A DNA stretch of 64,000 nt from Candidatus Rokuibacteriota bacterium. GTDB taxonomy: Bacteria > Methylomirabilota > Methylomirabilia > Rokubacteriales > DASRDR01. Under the pieces are notes generated by a model. It worked only from the letters and a program-made list of their open reading frames with translations. It searched no databases and was not told the DNA's origin. Positions 54,217 through 63,123 of this stretch are shown one piece after another (position 1 is the first letter of the stretch; each line of letters opens with the position of its first letter). Position numbers and translations under genes: made by a program. Location of the stretch: contig JBIOVM010000116.1 in assembly GCA_044867785.1 (NCBI GenBank), positions 67,145-131,144 on the forward strand, given 5' to 3'.

Positions 54217-55149
54217 TCAGGGGCTGAAGATCTCGTGGACGTCGCTGTACGAGCCGCCGGGCTGCGGCCCGCCCGACACGACGTGAATCCGGCCCTCCAG
54301 CACGACGGCCGCCAGCCCGTGACGGGGGGTCGGCATGGGCGTGAACGCGCTCCATCGGCCCGCGGCGGCGTCGAAGGCTTCCACCTGGCCGAACGTTCCC
54401 GCGGGCGCCTCCCCCCCGAAGACGAACAGGCGCGATCCCAGGACCGCCGCCGCGATCCCGCTCCGCGCGGTCGGCAAGGCCGGCAAGGCCGTCCAGGCGT
54501 TGGTCGCGGGGTCGTAGGCGTGATGGGCGTCGACGTTCCGCGCGTAGCTCCCGTCGAGGCGTCCGCCGACGACGTGGAGCCTCCCGCCGATCGCTCCCGC
54601 CGCGTGGTGATCGCGTGGCACGGGCATGGGCGCCCGGGGCTCCCAGCGATCCGCCACGGGGTCGTAGACCTCGAGCGCCCCCGTGTTGCGCCGGCCCGCG
54701 TCCACGCCGCCGGCAGCATAGATGCGGCCGTCGAGCACCGCGGCGGCGAGCGCGCCCCGCGCGGTCGGCAGCGGCGCCCGCGCGCGCCATCGATCCACCC
54801 CCGGGTCGTACTCGAACACGCTGTCGAGCACGGCCCACTGGCCGCCCGCGTAGCCCCCGACCACGTAGAGCCGCCCGCCCACCGAGACGGCCGCCGCGTG
54901 ATGGAGCGACACCGGCAGGGCGGCCCGGCGCTCCCAGCGGTCGCTCCGAGGGTCGTAGGCCTCGACCTGGTCGCCGCCCTGGCCGAAGCCCCCGATCACG
55001 TAGAGCCGGCCGCCGAGCTCCGCGCCGGCCACTTCGGTGCGCTTCGACGGCAAGGGCGCGGCGCGGGTCCACCCTCCCTGCCCGAGCCCGGGCCCGGCGA
55101 GCGCCAGAACGAGGACGGTGAGGGCTCCCGCCGACCAGAGACGCCTCAT
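54217..55149 (-). CDS. Kelch-repeat beta-propeller protein (secreted)
   Basis: Signal peptide, then about six Kelch repeats (GGRLYVIGG… GGRLYVVGG… DGRIYAAGG… GGRLHVVGG… GSRLFVFGG… EGRIHVVSG). Confidence 0.85.
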   Translation of the reverse strand: MRRLWSAGALTVLVLALAGPGLGQGGWTRAAPLPSKRTEVAGAELGGRLYVIGGFGQGGDQVEAYDPRSDRWERRAALPVSLHHAAAVSVGGRLYVVGGYAGGQWAVLDSVFEYDPGVDRWRARAPLPTARGALAAAVLDGRIYAAGGVDAGRRNTGALEVYDPVADRWEPRAPMPVPRDHHAAGAIGGRLHVVGGRLDGSYARNVDAHHAYDPATNAWTALPALPTARSGIAAAVLGSRLFVFGGEAPAGTFGQVEAFDAAAGRWSAFTPMPTPRHGLAAVVLEGRIHVVSGGPQPGGSYSDVHEIFSP

Positions 55150-55204
55150 GCCTCGATTGTAGACGAGCCCCGACCCGCGAGCGGCCTAGCGGGGAAGCCC
55201 GAGG

Positions 55205-56791
55205 CTACCGGGTGAGGCCCACGTTCCAGAAGAACGGGCGGTAGCGGTTCGCGTACCCGGCCACGGCCTTCTGCTTGACGCGCAGGGTGAAGAAGTCCCC
55301 GAGCTTCACCACCGGGACCTCCTCCCAGAACCACCGCTGGACCTCTTCCCAGATCGCCTTGCGCCGGCCGAAGTCCGTCTCGCACTGGAGCCGCGCCTGG
55401 AGCGCGTCGAGCTTCGGATCGCACGTCCAGCCGGGCCAGTCGCAGGACAGGATGACCATCTGGGACGGATCGGTGTTGAAGCCGATGCCGGTCGTGAAGA
55501 TCTCGTAGAGCTTCGGGTCGTTGCGGCGCTGGACCACCGTGGCCCACTCGAGCACCTGGAGGTCGATGTTGAACCCGACGTCCTCCAGCTGCTGCTTGGC
55601 GGCCAGCGCCGACTTGTACATCCAGTCGTAGAACTGGGTCGCCATCCAGCGGAGGGGCTCGCCCTTGTAGCCGGCCTCGCGCATGAGACGCTTGGCCTTC
55701 TCGCGATCGGGCCGGTTGTACACTTCCTTGCCGGCATCCGACCACCACACCTGCTCGCGGAAGATGAGGCTGGGGTCGAGTCGGTAGAACTCGGGGGCCC
55801 CCACCGCCGCCTTCATGATCGGCTCCATGTCGAGGGCGGCGACGACGGCTTGCCGGAGGAGGCGGTTCGAGAACGGCCCCTGCTTCTTGTTGAAGATGGC
55901 GCTGACCCACTCGTTCGGCTTCACGAGCATCACGTCGAGCCGGGCGTTCCGGGTGAGGCGCTCGTAGTTGTCGGGCGAGATCCAGTCGCTGAAGTGGTAC
56001 TCGCCCGACTCGACGCCAGCCGCCCGCACCGACACGTCCGGGACCGGGATGAAGTGAAGCTCGTCCACGTACGCCATCCGCCGCCCACCGTACCCGGCCG
56101 GCGCCTCGCTGCGTGCCGCGTAGCGATCGAAGCGCGCCATGCGGACGTGGCGGTCGGGGATCCGCTCCACGAAGCGGAACGGTCCCGTGCCCACGAAGTC
56201 CTTGATCTGGCCGTCCCCCGCCGCCTCGACGACCTCCTTGGGGTAGATCGCCGGGAACTGGCTGGCGTTCGCGAGCGCGGACAGCACCGGGCCCGAGCAC
56301 CCCGCGAACCGGAGTTCGACCGTGTAGCGGTCCTTCGCCTGCATCGACTGGACGTTCTTGAACAGGACCTTTCCGACGCTGGCGATCCGACCCCATCGCG
56401 TGATCGACGCGACGACGTCCTCGGCGGAGCATTCCTTGCCGTTGTGGAACGGCACCCCGCGGCGGAGGCGGATGGTCCACGTCTTGCCGCCGTCCGCCAC
56501 CGTGTGCCCCTCGGCCAGCATGGGGATCACGCCGTAGCGCTCGTCCAGCGTGAAGAGCGGCTCGTAGAGATGCGAGGTCACGTCGTAGGTGAGGCTCGCC
56601 GTCGTCCAGTGGGCGTCCAGCGACGGCGGCTCGCCGATGATCGCGACCTTGAGGACGCCGCCGGGGCGCGGCTCCTGGGCGTGGACGGGCCGCCGCAGGA
56701 AGGCGGGCGTCAGCCCGCCGGCCGCGCCGAGGGCGGCGCCGGCCAGGAGTGCCCGGCGCGACGGCAAGGTGGCGGCTCGCGGCTCCGGCAT
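55205..56791 (-). CDS. ABC transporter substrate-binding protein, family 5 (peptide/nickel/opine type), with a Tat signal
   Basis: Twin-arginine signal SRRALLAGAALGAAGG, then the SBP_bac_5 fold (…VLKVAIIGEPPSLD…). No cognate permease or ATPase lies nearby. Confidence 0.85.
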   Translation of the reverse strand: MPEPRAATLPSRRALLAGAALGAAGGLTPAFLRRPVHAQEPRPGGVLKVAIIGEPPSLDAHWTTASLTYDVTSHLYEPLFTLDERYGVIPMLAEGHTVADGGKTWTIRLRRGVPFHNGKECSAEDVVASITRWGRIASVGKVLFKNVQSMQAKDRYTVELRFAGCSGPVLSALANASQFPAIYPKEVVEAAGDGQIKDFVGTGPFRFVERIPDRHVRMARFDRYAARSEAPAGYGGRRMAYVDELHFIPVPDVSVRAAGVESGEYHFSDWISPDNYERLTRNARLDVMLVKPNEWVSAIFNKKQGPFSNRLLRQAVVAALDMEPIMKAAVGAPEFYRLDPSLIFREQVWWSDAGKEVYNRPDREKAKRLMREAGYKGEPLRWMATQFYDWMYKSALAAKQQLEDVGFNIDLQVLEWATVVQRRNDPKLYEIFTTGIGFNTDPSQMVILSCDWPGWTCDPKLDALQARLQCETDFGRRKAIWEEVQRWFWEEVPVVKLGDFFTLRVKQKAVAGYANRYRPFFWNVGLTR

Positions 56792-56795
56792 GGCT

Positions 56796-58064
56796 CTACC
56801 CTCCGTGGACGGCGAATCGGCCCGCCGCCATCTGCTCCAGGAGCGCCTCGCGCGCGCGCAGCATCCGGTCGACGTGTTCGGCGACGTCCCGGCCGGCGAC
56901 GCGGCGATCGGCCGCCACCTCGGCCAAGAGCCGTCGCTCCCAGGCGTGCCACGTCGCCTGGACGACCGGCGTGCGGCCGGCCGGATCGTCCATCACCCCG
57001 TCGCCGAGCTCCTTCATGAGCCACCACGCGGAGCCGGGGTCCGGGTCACCCGAGCCTCGCGTGAGGGCCTCGGGGAGCTCGGCGCCGACGACCAGGGGCA
57101 GAAAGACGCTCGTGCAAGGGGTTGTCTGCGCACACCACGCGACCACGGGACCGTCCTCTCCGAGCTCGGCCACCATCGACGCCGCCGTCGCGCCGGTCGC
57201 CGGCCCCGGGTGCATGCAGATCGACCACCCTCGGGGATCTCCGTCCGCCCGGCCGGGGCGATGGACGGTCCCGCCGTCGTAGTGGTCGCGGAGGAGTCGC
57301 AGCATCTCGGGGACGCCGGGGCGTCCCGCCGTGGCGAGGAAGCGGCAGCTCTGCCCGTAGCGGGCCTCAGCGCGGAACCGCGGCTCGGGATTCTCGAAGG
57401 CGGCGCGAAAATCGAAGCGCCGTCCCGAGCTCGGCTTCCACCAGCCGCGCTCGGCCGCGTACGCCTCGATCCCCCGCGAGGCCTCGTCCCAATCGTCGGC
57501 GATGGTCGCCAGGTTGGAGATCGCCGCCCGCCCGCGCACGCGTCGCGCCACCCAGTGGCGGCCGGAGGTCTCCAGCACCCAGGCGCCGCGGGAATCCGCG
57601 ATGATGAAGCTGTTGTGGTAGTAGCGGCGACCGCCGTGCTGGGCGCTGCCGCCCTGGCCATGGCGCTCGAGGAGATCCGTGATGACGCGCTTGGCCTCGT
57701 CGGCCGATCGCCCGCGCTCGAGGCCGAGGCGCACGAGGTCCATCCCGAGGAGCCCGGTCTCGGCGGGCGCCTCCCGCGTGTGCAGCGCCTCGTTCCCGAT
57801 CGCCACGCCCCGCGCGTTGACGCCGTGCTCGAAGCCCCAGATCCACCACGGGCGGCTGCCGAGGACGGCCAGCGTCTCGGGGGCGTCCGGAACCTCGAGG
57901 TACGTGCACCGCACGGTGCTGCCGGGCCCGGGCCGCCGCGGCGGCACCGGGTCGAGCGGCTGGCACTCGGTCGACGGGCGATCGCTGTTCTTGGCGAAGA
58001 GGGTCCGGCCGTCGCGCGTCTCGGACCCCAAGACCACCAGGGTGTCGCAGCTCGTGTCCGGCAC
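56796..58064 (-). CDS. C69-family (dipeptidase A-like) Ntn-hydrolase peptidase
   Basis: MPDTSCDTLVVLGSETRDGRTLFAKNSDRP… has a Cys at the mature N-terminus, as in C69 dipeptidases. 422 aa. It lies 5 nt upstream of the SBP gene. Confidence 0.78.
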   Translation of the reverse strand: MPDTSCDTLVVLGSETRDGRTLFAKNSDRPSTECQPLDPVPPRRPGPGSTVRCTYLEVPDAPETLAVLGSRPWWIWGFEHGVNARGVAIGNEALHTREAPAETGLLGMDLVRLGLERGRSADEAKRVITDLLERHGQGGSAQHGGRRYYHNSFIIADSRGAWVLETSGRHWVARRVRGRAAISNLATIADDWDEASRGIEAYAAERGWWKPSSGRRFDFRAAFENPEPRFRAEARYGQSCRFLATAGRPGVPEMLRLLRDHYDGGTVHRPGRADGDPRGWSICMHPGPATGATAASMVAELGEDGPVVAWCAQTTPCTSVFLPLVVGAELPEALTRGSGDPDPGSAWWLMKELGDGVMDDPAGRTPVVQATWHAWERRLLAEVAADRRVAGRDVAEHVDRMLRAREALLEQMAAGRFAVHGG

Positions 58065-58265
58065 GCCCGTTGCCCCCTTTGAGCCGCCCGAATCGCGACG
58101 CGGCGCCCCCCACTATAGCCTGCCGGGCTCGGCGCCGTCCCCGGGCGCGCGGGGATGCTGGCCTGCCCATTGCCTGAAGGGCCGACGACGAGCTAGCCTC
58201 GGCCGGAGGATCGAAGGCCGCGGCGCCGTCGATCCGGCCGTTCGACCGACGACGGCGGGAGGCGC

Positions 58266-58718
58266 ATGGCGCACAGGCGGATCCGGAAGTTCAACACCCG
58301 GGACACCTATCCGGAGCAGAAGCTGGACAACGACCTGTGCCAGGCGGTCGTGGCAGGGAACACCGTCTACCTGCGCGGTCAGATCTCCCAGGATCTCGAC
58401 ACCCGGGCGTCACTCCACATCGGCGATGCCGGCAAGCAGGCGGACAAGGCGATGTCCAACATCGCCCTGTTGCTCGGCGAGGCGGGCAGCGAGCTCGGCC
58501 ACATCGTGAAGGTGGTGGTGTACCTGACCGACATCCGCTACCGCGCGGCGGTGTACCGCGCGATGGGCAAGTGGCTCAAGGGGGTGTTCCCGGTCTCGAC
58601 CGGTCTGGTCGTGCCGGCGCTCGCGAGACCGGAATGGCTGGTGGAGATCGACGTCACCGCCGTGATCCCGGACGGCTACCGGCCGAGCCGGGCCGGCAGG
58701 AAGAAAAGGGCCCGATGA
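58266..58718 (+). CDS. RidA/YjgF-family protein
   Basis: …NTVYLRGQIS… ALLLGEAGSELGHIVKVVVYLTDI… is the chorismate-mutase-like trimer family. Confidence 0.8.
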   Translation: MAHRRIRKFNTRDTYPEQKLDNDLCQAVVAGNTVYLRGQISQDLDTRASLHIGDAGKQADKAMSNIALLLGEAGSELGHIVKVVVYLTDIRYRAAVYRAMGKWLKGVFPVSTGLVVPALARPEWLVEIDVTAVIPDGYRPSRAGRKKRAR

Positions 58719-59389
58719 CCATCGCGATCGCCGCCCGCTGCGTCGACACCGGGATGTTCGGCATCGCCATCTCCTCGTCCTCGCCCGCGGTCGCCGCGCG
58801 CTGCGCGCACGCCCGGGCCGGCGTCGGGGTGGTGGCGTCCCAGAACATCACCGATCCGCGCCTCGGCCCCGCCGGCCTGGACCTGATGGCGAAGGGGGTG
58901 GGCGCGGAGGAGGCGATCGCCATCCTGTGCCGGACCGTGCCGCACATCGAGTTCCGCCAGCTGATCGCCGTCGACGGCCGGGGCCGGACCGCGGCGTACT
59001 CCGGCCGCCACACCCTCGGCGTCCATGCGAGCGCCCAGGCGTCGGATGTCGTGGCGGCCGGGAACCTGCTCCGCGGCGCGGAGATCCCCGATGCGATGCT
59101 CGCCGCCTTCCAGCGCGCGCCGGGACACCTGGGTGACCGGCTGCTGGCCGCCATGAGCGCCGGCCTGGCGGCGGGCGGCGAGGCAGGGCCGGTGCATTCG
59201 GCCGGGATGCTGCTCGTGCGCGAGGTGCCCTGGCCGGTGGCCGATCTGCGCGTCGACTGGTCCGACGGCGACCCGGTCGCGGATCTCCATCGCGTGTGGG
59301 CGATCTACAAGCCCCAGCTGGAGGACTACGTCACCCGCGCCCTGAACCCCACGGCGGCGCCCCGCTTCGGCGTGCCCGGCGACCGGTAG
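58715..59389 (+). CDS. DUF1028-family protein (Ntn-hydrolase-like)
   Basis: MTIAIAARCVDTGMFGIAISSSSPAVAARC… (the mature N-terminal Thr/Ser nucleophile context). ATGA overlap with RidA. The 350-aa ORF N-terminus is spurious. Confidence 0.7.
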   Translation: MTIAIAARCVDTGMFGIAISSSSPAVAARCAHARAGVGVVASQNITDPRLGPAGLDLMAKGVGAEEAIAILCRTVPHIEFRQLIAVDGRGRTAAYSGRHTLGVHASAQASDVVAAGNLLRGAEIPDAMLAAFQRAPGHLGDRLLAAMSAGLAAGGEAGPVHSAGMLLVREVPWPVADLRVDWSDGDPVADLHRVWAIYKPQLEDYVTRALNPTAAPRFGVPGDR

Positions 59390-59423
59390 CGCGGCGGCGG
59401 TCCGGCAGCGACAATTACAGGCC

Positions 59424-60641
59424 ATGGACCTCCTTCCCTCCTCCCGCCAGCGCGAGCTGATCCAGCGCGCCCGCGACCTCGCGCGGGCGCGCTTCGCCCC
59501 ACGTGCGGAGCGCCACGATCGCGAGGCCTCGTTCCCCTTCGACGATTACGCCGACCTGCGGGCGGCGGGGTTCTTCGGCCTCTGCGTCCCGGTCCGGTTC
59601 GGGGGGCTCGGCGCGGACTACGAGACCTACTGCCTCGTCGCCGAACAGATCGCGCAGGGCAGCGCGTCGACCGCGCTCACCTTCAACATGCACTGCCTCA
59701 CCATGCTCATGATGGGCGTGCTCGCCGACGCCATGCCGCTCGCCCCCGCCGCGCGGGAGCGGCACGAGAAGCTCCGGGCGGCGAAGTTCCACGAGGTGAT
59801 CGAAGCCGGAGCGTTCTACGGGCAGCCCCACAGCGAGCCGGTCGAGCAGGGACAGACGGACACGGCGCTCAGCGTGGGCGGGCGCCGCTTCGGCACCACC
59901 GCGCGGAAGGTCGACGGCGGCTACGTCGTCAACGGGCGCAAGTTCTTCGTCTCCCTCGCCGGCTGCGCGCCCTACTTCGCCACCCCGGCCATTCGCCTGG
60001 GGGACGAGCCCTGGATCGAGCGCACGCTCTACCTGCAGATCCCGAAGGACGCGCCCGGGGTGTCGTTTCCGGGCGACTGGGACCCCATGGGGATGCGCGG
60101 CACGGTCAGCCGCGACATGGTGCTCCAGGACGTGTTCGTGCCCGACGACGCCGAGGTGCTGCCGCCCGGCGGCTTCGGGGCCATGTACAACGCGTTCCCC
60201 CAGCTCTCGCCCCTGAGCTTCTGCGCGACGTTCCTCGGTCTCATGCAGGCGGCCTACGACGGCGCGCTCGCGTACCTGACCGGCCAGATGGCCGGCTCGC
60301 CCGGCCTGCACACCGAGGCCGCGGTGAAGGGTCACGCGGTGGCGGAGATGCTCTTCACGCTCGAGGCGGCGCGCGCGCTCTACTACCGGGCGATCTCGGA
60401 GGCTCGGGTCGACGCGCCCGCGGAGGTCGTCCAGCGCGCGCGGGCGGCGCACGTCACGGTGCAGCGGTCGGTGGTCACGGTGACCCAGGAGGCCATCCGC
60501 GTCTGCGGCGGCCGCGGCCTCCTGAAGCGCTACCCGCTCGAGCGCTACGCGCGCGATGCCCGCGCGGGCGCGCTGATGCGCCCGTGGACGCAGGAGATCG
60601 CCACGCAGCAAGCGTGGGAGTCGGCGCTCGGCTTGGGGTGA
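59424..60641 (+). CDS. acyl-CoA dehydrogenase family protein
   Basis: ACAD N-terminal, middle and C-terminal domains (…ETYCLVAEQIAQGSAS… DPMGMRGT… QVCGGRG…). Confidence 0.85.
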   Translation: MDLLPSSRQRELIQRARDLARARFAPRAERHDREASFPFDDYADLRAAGFFGLCVPVRFGGLGADYETYCLVAEQIAQGSASTALTFNMHCLTMLMMGVLADAMPLAPAARERHEKLRAAKFHEVIEAGAFYGQPHSEPVEQGQTDTALSVGGRRFGTTARKVDGGYVVNGRKFFVSLAGCAPYFATPAIRLGDEPWIERTLYLQIPKDAPGVSFPGDWDPMGMRGTVSRDMVLQDVFVPDDAEVLPPGGFGAMYNAFPQLSPLSFCATFLGLMQAAYDGALAYLTGQMAGSPGLHTEAAVKGHAVAEMLFTLEAARALYYRAISEARVDAPAEVVQRARAAHVTVQRSVVTVTQEAIRVCGGRGLLKRYPLERYARDARAGALMRPWTQEIATQQAWESALGLG

Positions 60642-60888
60642 CCTTCAGCGCTGGCCGTGACCGGGGCGGGCGCCGGCCGCGGCGAGTCACCCGCGCGAAG
60701 GCGGCGGCCAGGGACGGCTCCGCTTCGACGCCGCCGACCCTCGTCGACCCCGTGGGGTGACCCCGACGAGCAGGCCAGCCGATCCGCAGACGGGCACGGA
60801 GAGACTGGCGCGGCTCGGGTGCGGTGGATCCCCCGCCACGCGAATCGTCGCGGGAGGGTCCTCGGATCACGGATGCGGCTCCACTCGG

Positions 60889-63123
60889 CTACGGGATCAG
60901 CGGCGGAATGAATACCGGAACGGTCATGAAGTCGCTCTGGAACCCGCCTTCCGCGACGCGCTGCACTCCCACGGTGACGGTCCGTCCGACATTTTGCGGG
61001 ATCGGCAAGGAGATCACGTCGAAGAGCAGCGCACCGTGCTGGGCCTCCTGCGCCCGGTAGTGCCCGCTCGCCCCGACGCGTGCGAGATCGAGGGGCCCGA
61101 CCACGCCCGGCGCCGACCAGACCGTGTAGCGCCCCGCCGGGGCCGGCGTCGTGAAGCGGATCTTCAGCATCGTCCGATGGAAGTAGTCGATGCCGAGGAT
61201 CTCGACCGTGAACGGGGGCGGCACCGGGGGCGTCGTGGCAAGGCGGAGCGCCCGCACGATGTTGCCGGCCGGGCCGAGCCTTCCGAAATAGGCGAGCCGG
61301 GCGCAGTACGACTCGACCGCTGACCCTGCCGGCGGCGGCAGGGGGTCGCTGAACACGAGCTCGCTCGGCAGGTTCGCGATCGGAAAGGCCGCGATCGGGG
61401 TCCACAACGCCGGATGCTTGGCGTCCTGCCACAAGCGACCGGGACCCGGCATGAACGACGTCTTGTCGGCGCGGAAGTGAATCTCGTTGCCGACCACCGA
61501 GCGAATGTTTTCCGTGAAGCCGCCCACGGAGAATGCTCCCCCGGAAAAGTCGGCGAGGTTCGTCACCCCGCTGACCGTGGCGCGGTACAGGCCATCCGTG
61601 ATCGGCCAGGAGACTCCGAACATCGCATCGGCGGTGCGCGCCGCGGCCGTCTGCCGGTAGACGAGGATCTGACCCGAGACCTTGCTCACAAACGGGTCCG
61701 GCTGCCAGTCCGGTACGCCCGGGACCCCGACCGAGCGGGTGATCCGCACGGTCCCCGCCTGGTACGTCGCGAACGCGAGCGGCGGCGGCTCCGGCTCGTG
61801 TCGCAGCGCGAGCGGCGTCGGCGCCGTCCACGCCGAGAAGCCGCTCAGGCGATCCCAGGCATCGATCGCCCGGGCGCGCGCCTGGAGTGTGACATCCGGA
61901 AAGGCGACATCGAACGAGCGCGCCAGCGAGCCCTGGGGCGGAATGTCCTCGGGGCGACGCGTGCGAGTGGTAAGCGTCCGCCGCCGGGACGCCGCGCCCG
62001 TGATCGCGCTGGCGCCGACGATCTCATCGAGCTCGACGCCGATCCCGCGCGGATCGGCCTGCTGCCAGCGCATGGTCAGCCGGGCATGGTAGGCGTCGTC
62101 GAACTGCTGCATCGGCGAGAAGTGACGCATCGAATCGTTCAGAGTCACGCCGGCGGTGAGAGCGAGACTCTCGCTGCTCTTCGGCTGGTGCAGCCGGACC
62201 TCGGCGTCGATGTAAGCGGGCGGCGAGGGCGGGTGGAGCGGCGGCGCGAGCGCGGGCAAGCATAGCGCGAGGTTGCTCACGTCCGCGCGTCCGTCTGCGT
62301 CGCGGACCCGGTAGGCCATCATCGTGTCGGGCACGGAATCGAGGACGCTGCCGCCGAGCCGGTCGAGCGGACACGTGCGCGCCCGCGGGCCGTCGAAGAA
62401 GGCGAACCCCGACAGCAGCGCGATCTCCCACCGGCAACCGAGGACAAGCGAAAAGGTGTCCCAGTCCGTGAGGTTCCCCGGCTGCGCCTGCGCCGGGCTG
62501 GAGGCCTGGCCGTCGCTGGCGAGGGTCACCAGCTTCTGCCAGTCGGGCGGCACGATCGTGGGCGCGATGTCGTACCGCGACGCCACCGTCGTGAGATCGA
62601 CGGCAAAGCTCCCGGCGACGCCGATCTCCGCGATTGGCCGCCACTCCAGGCCCCGATCCGCAAACAGGTCCAGGGACCGCAGGTCCTCCAGTACGCCGAA
62701 CGTCCCCAGGGCGACGATCGAGTCGAGAACCGCCGCCTCCACATACACCGCCTCGCCGTCCGCGACGAATCGCTGGGCCACGAGCTCGCCGTCTGCGGTG
62801 AAGAGAATCCGGGTGGCCCCGCCGCGCCAGGTGAATGCGACGGCGTGCGCGGGCTTTGGCAGCGCATGCGCCAGCAGCGGGACCAGGCCCGCCAGGGTGA
62901 TGTCCCCGTGGCTGTCCCACCACTGAAAGGGATAGGCGGCGCTCGCCTGGGGAGGCTGGAAGAGATCGCGGCTCTCGACCGGCGCCCGCTCAACGATCAC
63001 CGTCTTCGGCAAGCCGAGATACTGCCCATTCGCATCGAGCGCCTGGAGCGGGTAATCCCAGCGGAGTCGATTGCCCGGCGGCGCATCCGTGACCCAGCCG
63101 AGCGCGGACAACCGGATGTTCAC
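60889..63123 (-). CDS. large hypothetical protein (~744 aa), no recognised domain
   Basis: Protein-like composition and high GC3 from the GTG at ~63121 (VNIRLSALGWVTDAPPG…) to …TVPVFIPPLIP. No TM segments or signal peptide. GTGA start/stop overlap with the upstream ORF. The first ~160 codons of the 905-aa ORF are spurious. Confidence 0.6.
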   Translation of the reverse strand: MNIRLSALGWVTDAPPGNRLRWDYPLQALDANGQYLGLPKTVIVERAPVESRDLFQPPQASAAYPFQWWDSHGDITLAGLVPLLAHALPKPAHAVAFTWRGGATRILFTADGELVAQRFVADGEAVYVEAAVLDSIVALGTFGVLEDLRSLDLFADRGLEWRPIAEIGVAGSFAVDLTTVASRYDIAPTIVPPDWQKLVTLASDGQASSPAQAQPGNLTDWDTFSLVLGCRWEIALLSGFAFFDGPRARTCPLDRLGGSVLDSVPDTMMAYRVRDADGRADVSNLALCLPALAPPLHPPSPPAYIDAEVRLHQPKSSESLALTAGVTLNDSMRHFSPMQQFDDAYHARLTMRWQQADPRGIGVELDEIVGASAITGAASRRRTLTTRTRRPEDIPPQGSLARSFDVAFPDVTLQARARAIDAWDRLSGFSAWTAPTPLALRHEPEPPPLAFATYQAGTVRITRSVGVPGVPDWQPDPFVSKVSGQILVYRQTAAARTADAMFGVSWPITDGLYRATVSGVTNLADFSGGAFSVGGFTENIRSVVGNEIHFRADKTSFMPGPGRLWQDAKHPALWTPIAAFPIANLPSELVFSDPLPPPAGSAVESYCARLAYFGRLGPAGNIVRALRLATTPPVPPPFTVEILGIDYFHRTMLKIRFTTPAPAGRYTVWSAPGVVGPLDLARVGASGHYRAQEAQHGALLFDVISLPIPQNVGRTVTVGVQRVAEGGFQSDFMTVPVFIPPLIP

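Noticed and set aside
60642-60888. Intrinsic terminator in the convergent acyl-CoA DH / hypothetical-ORF gap (CCCCGTGGGG)
   Set aside because: The apparent palindrome is imperfect, leaves a 2-nt loop, and lacks a T-tract.
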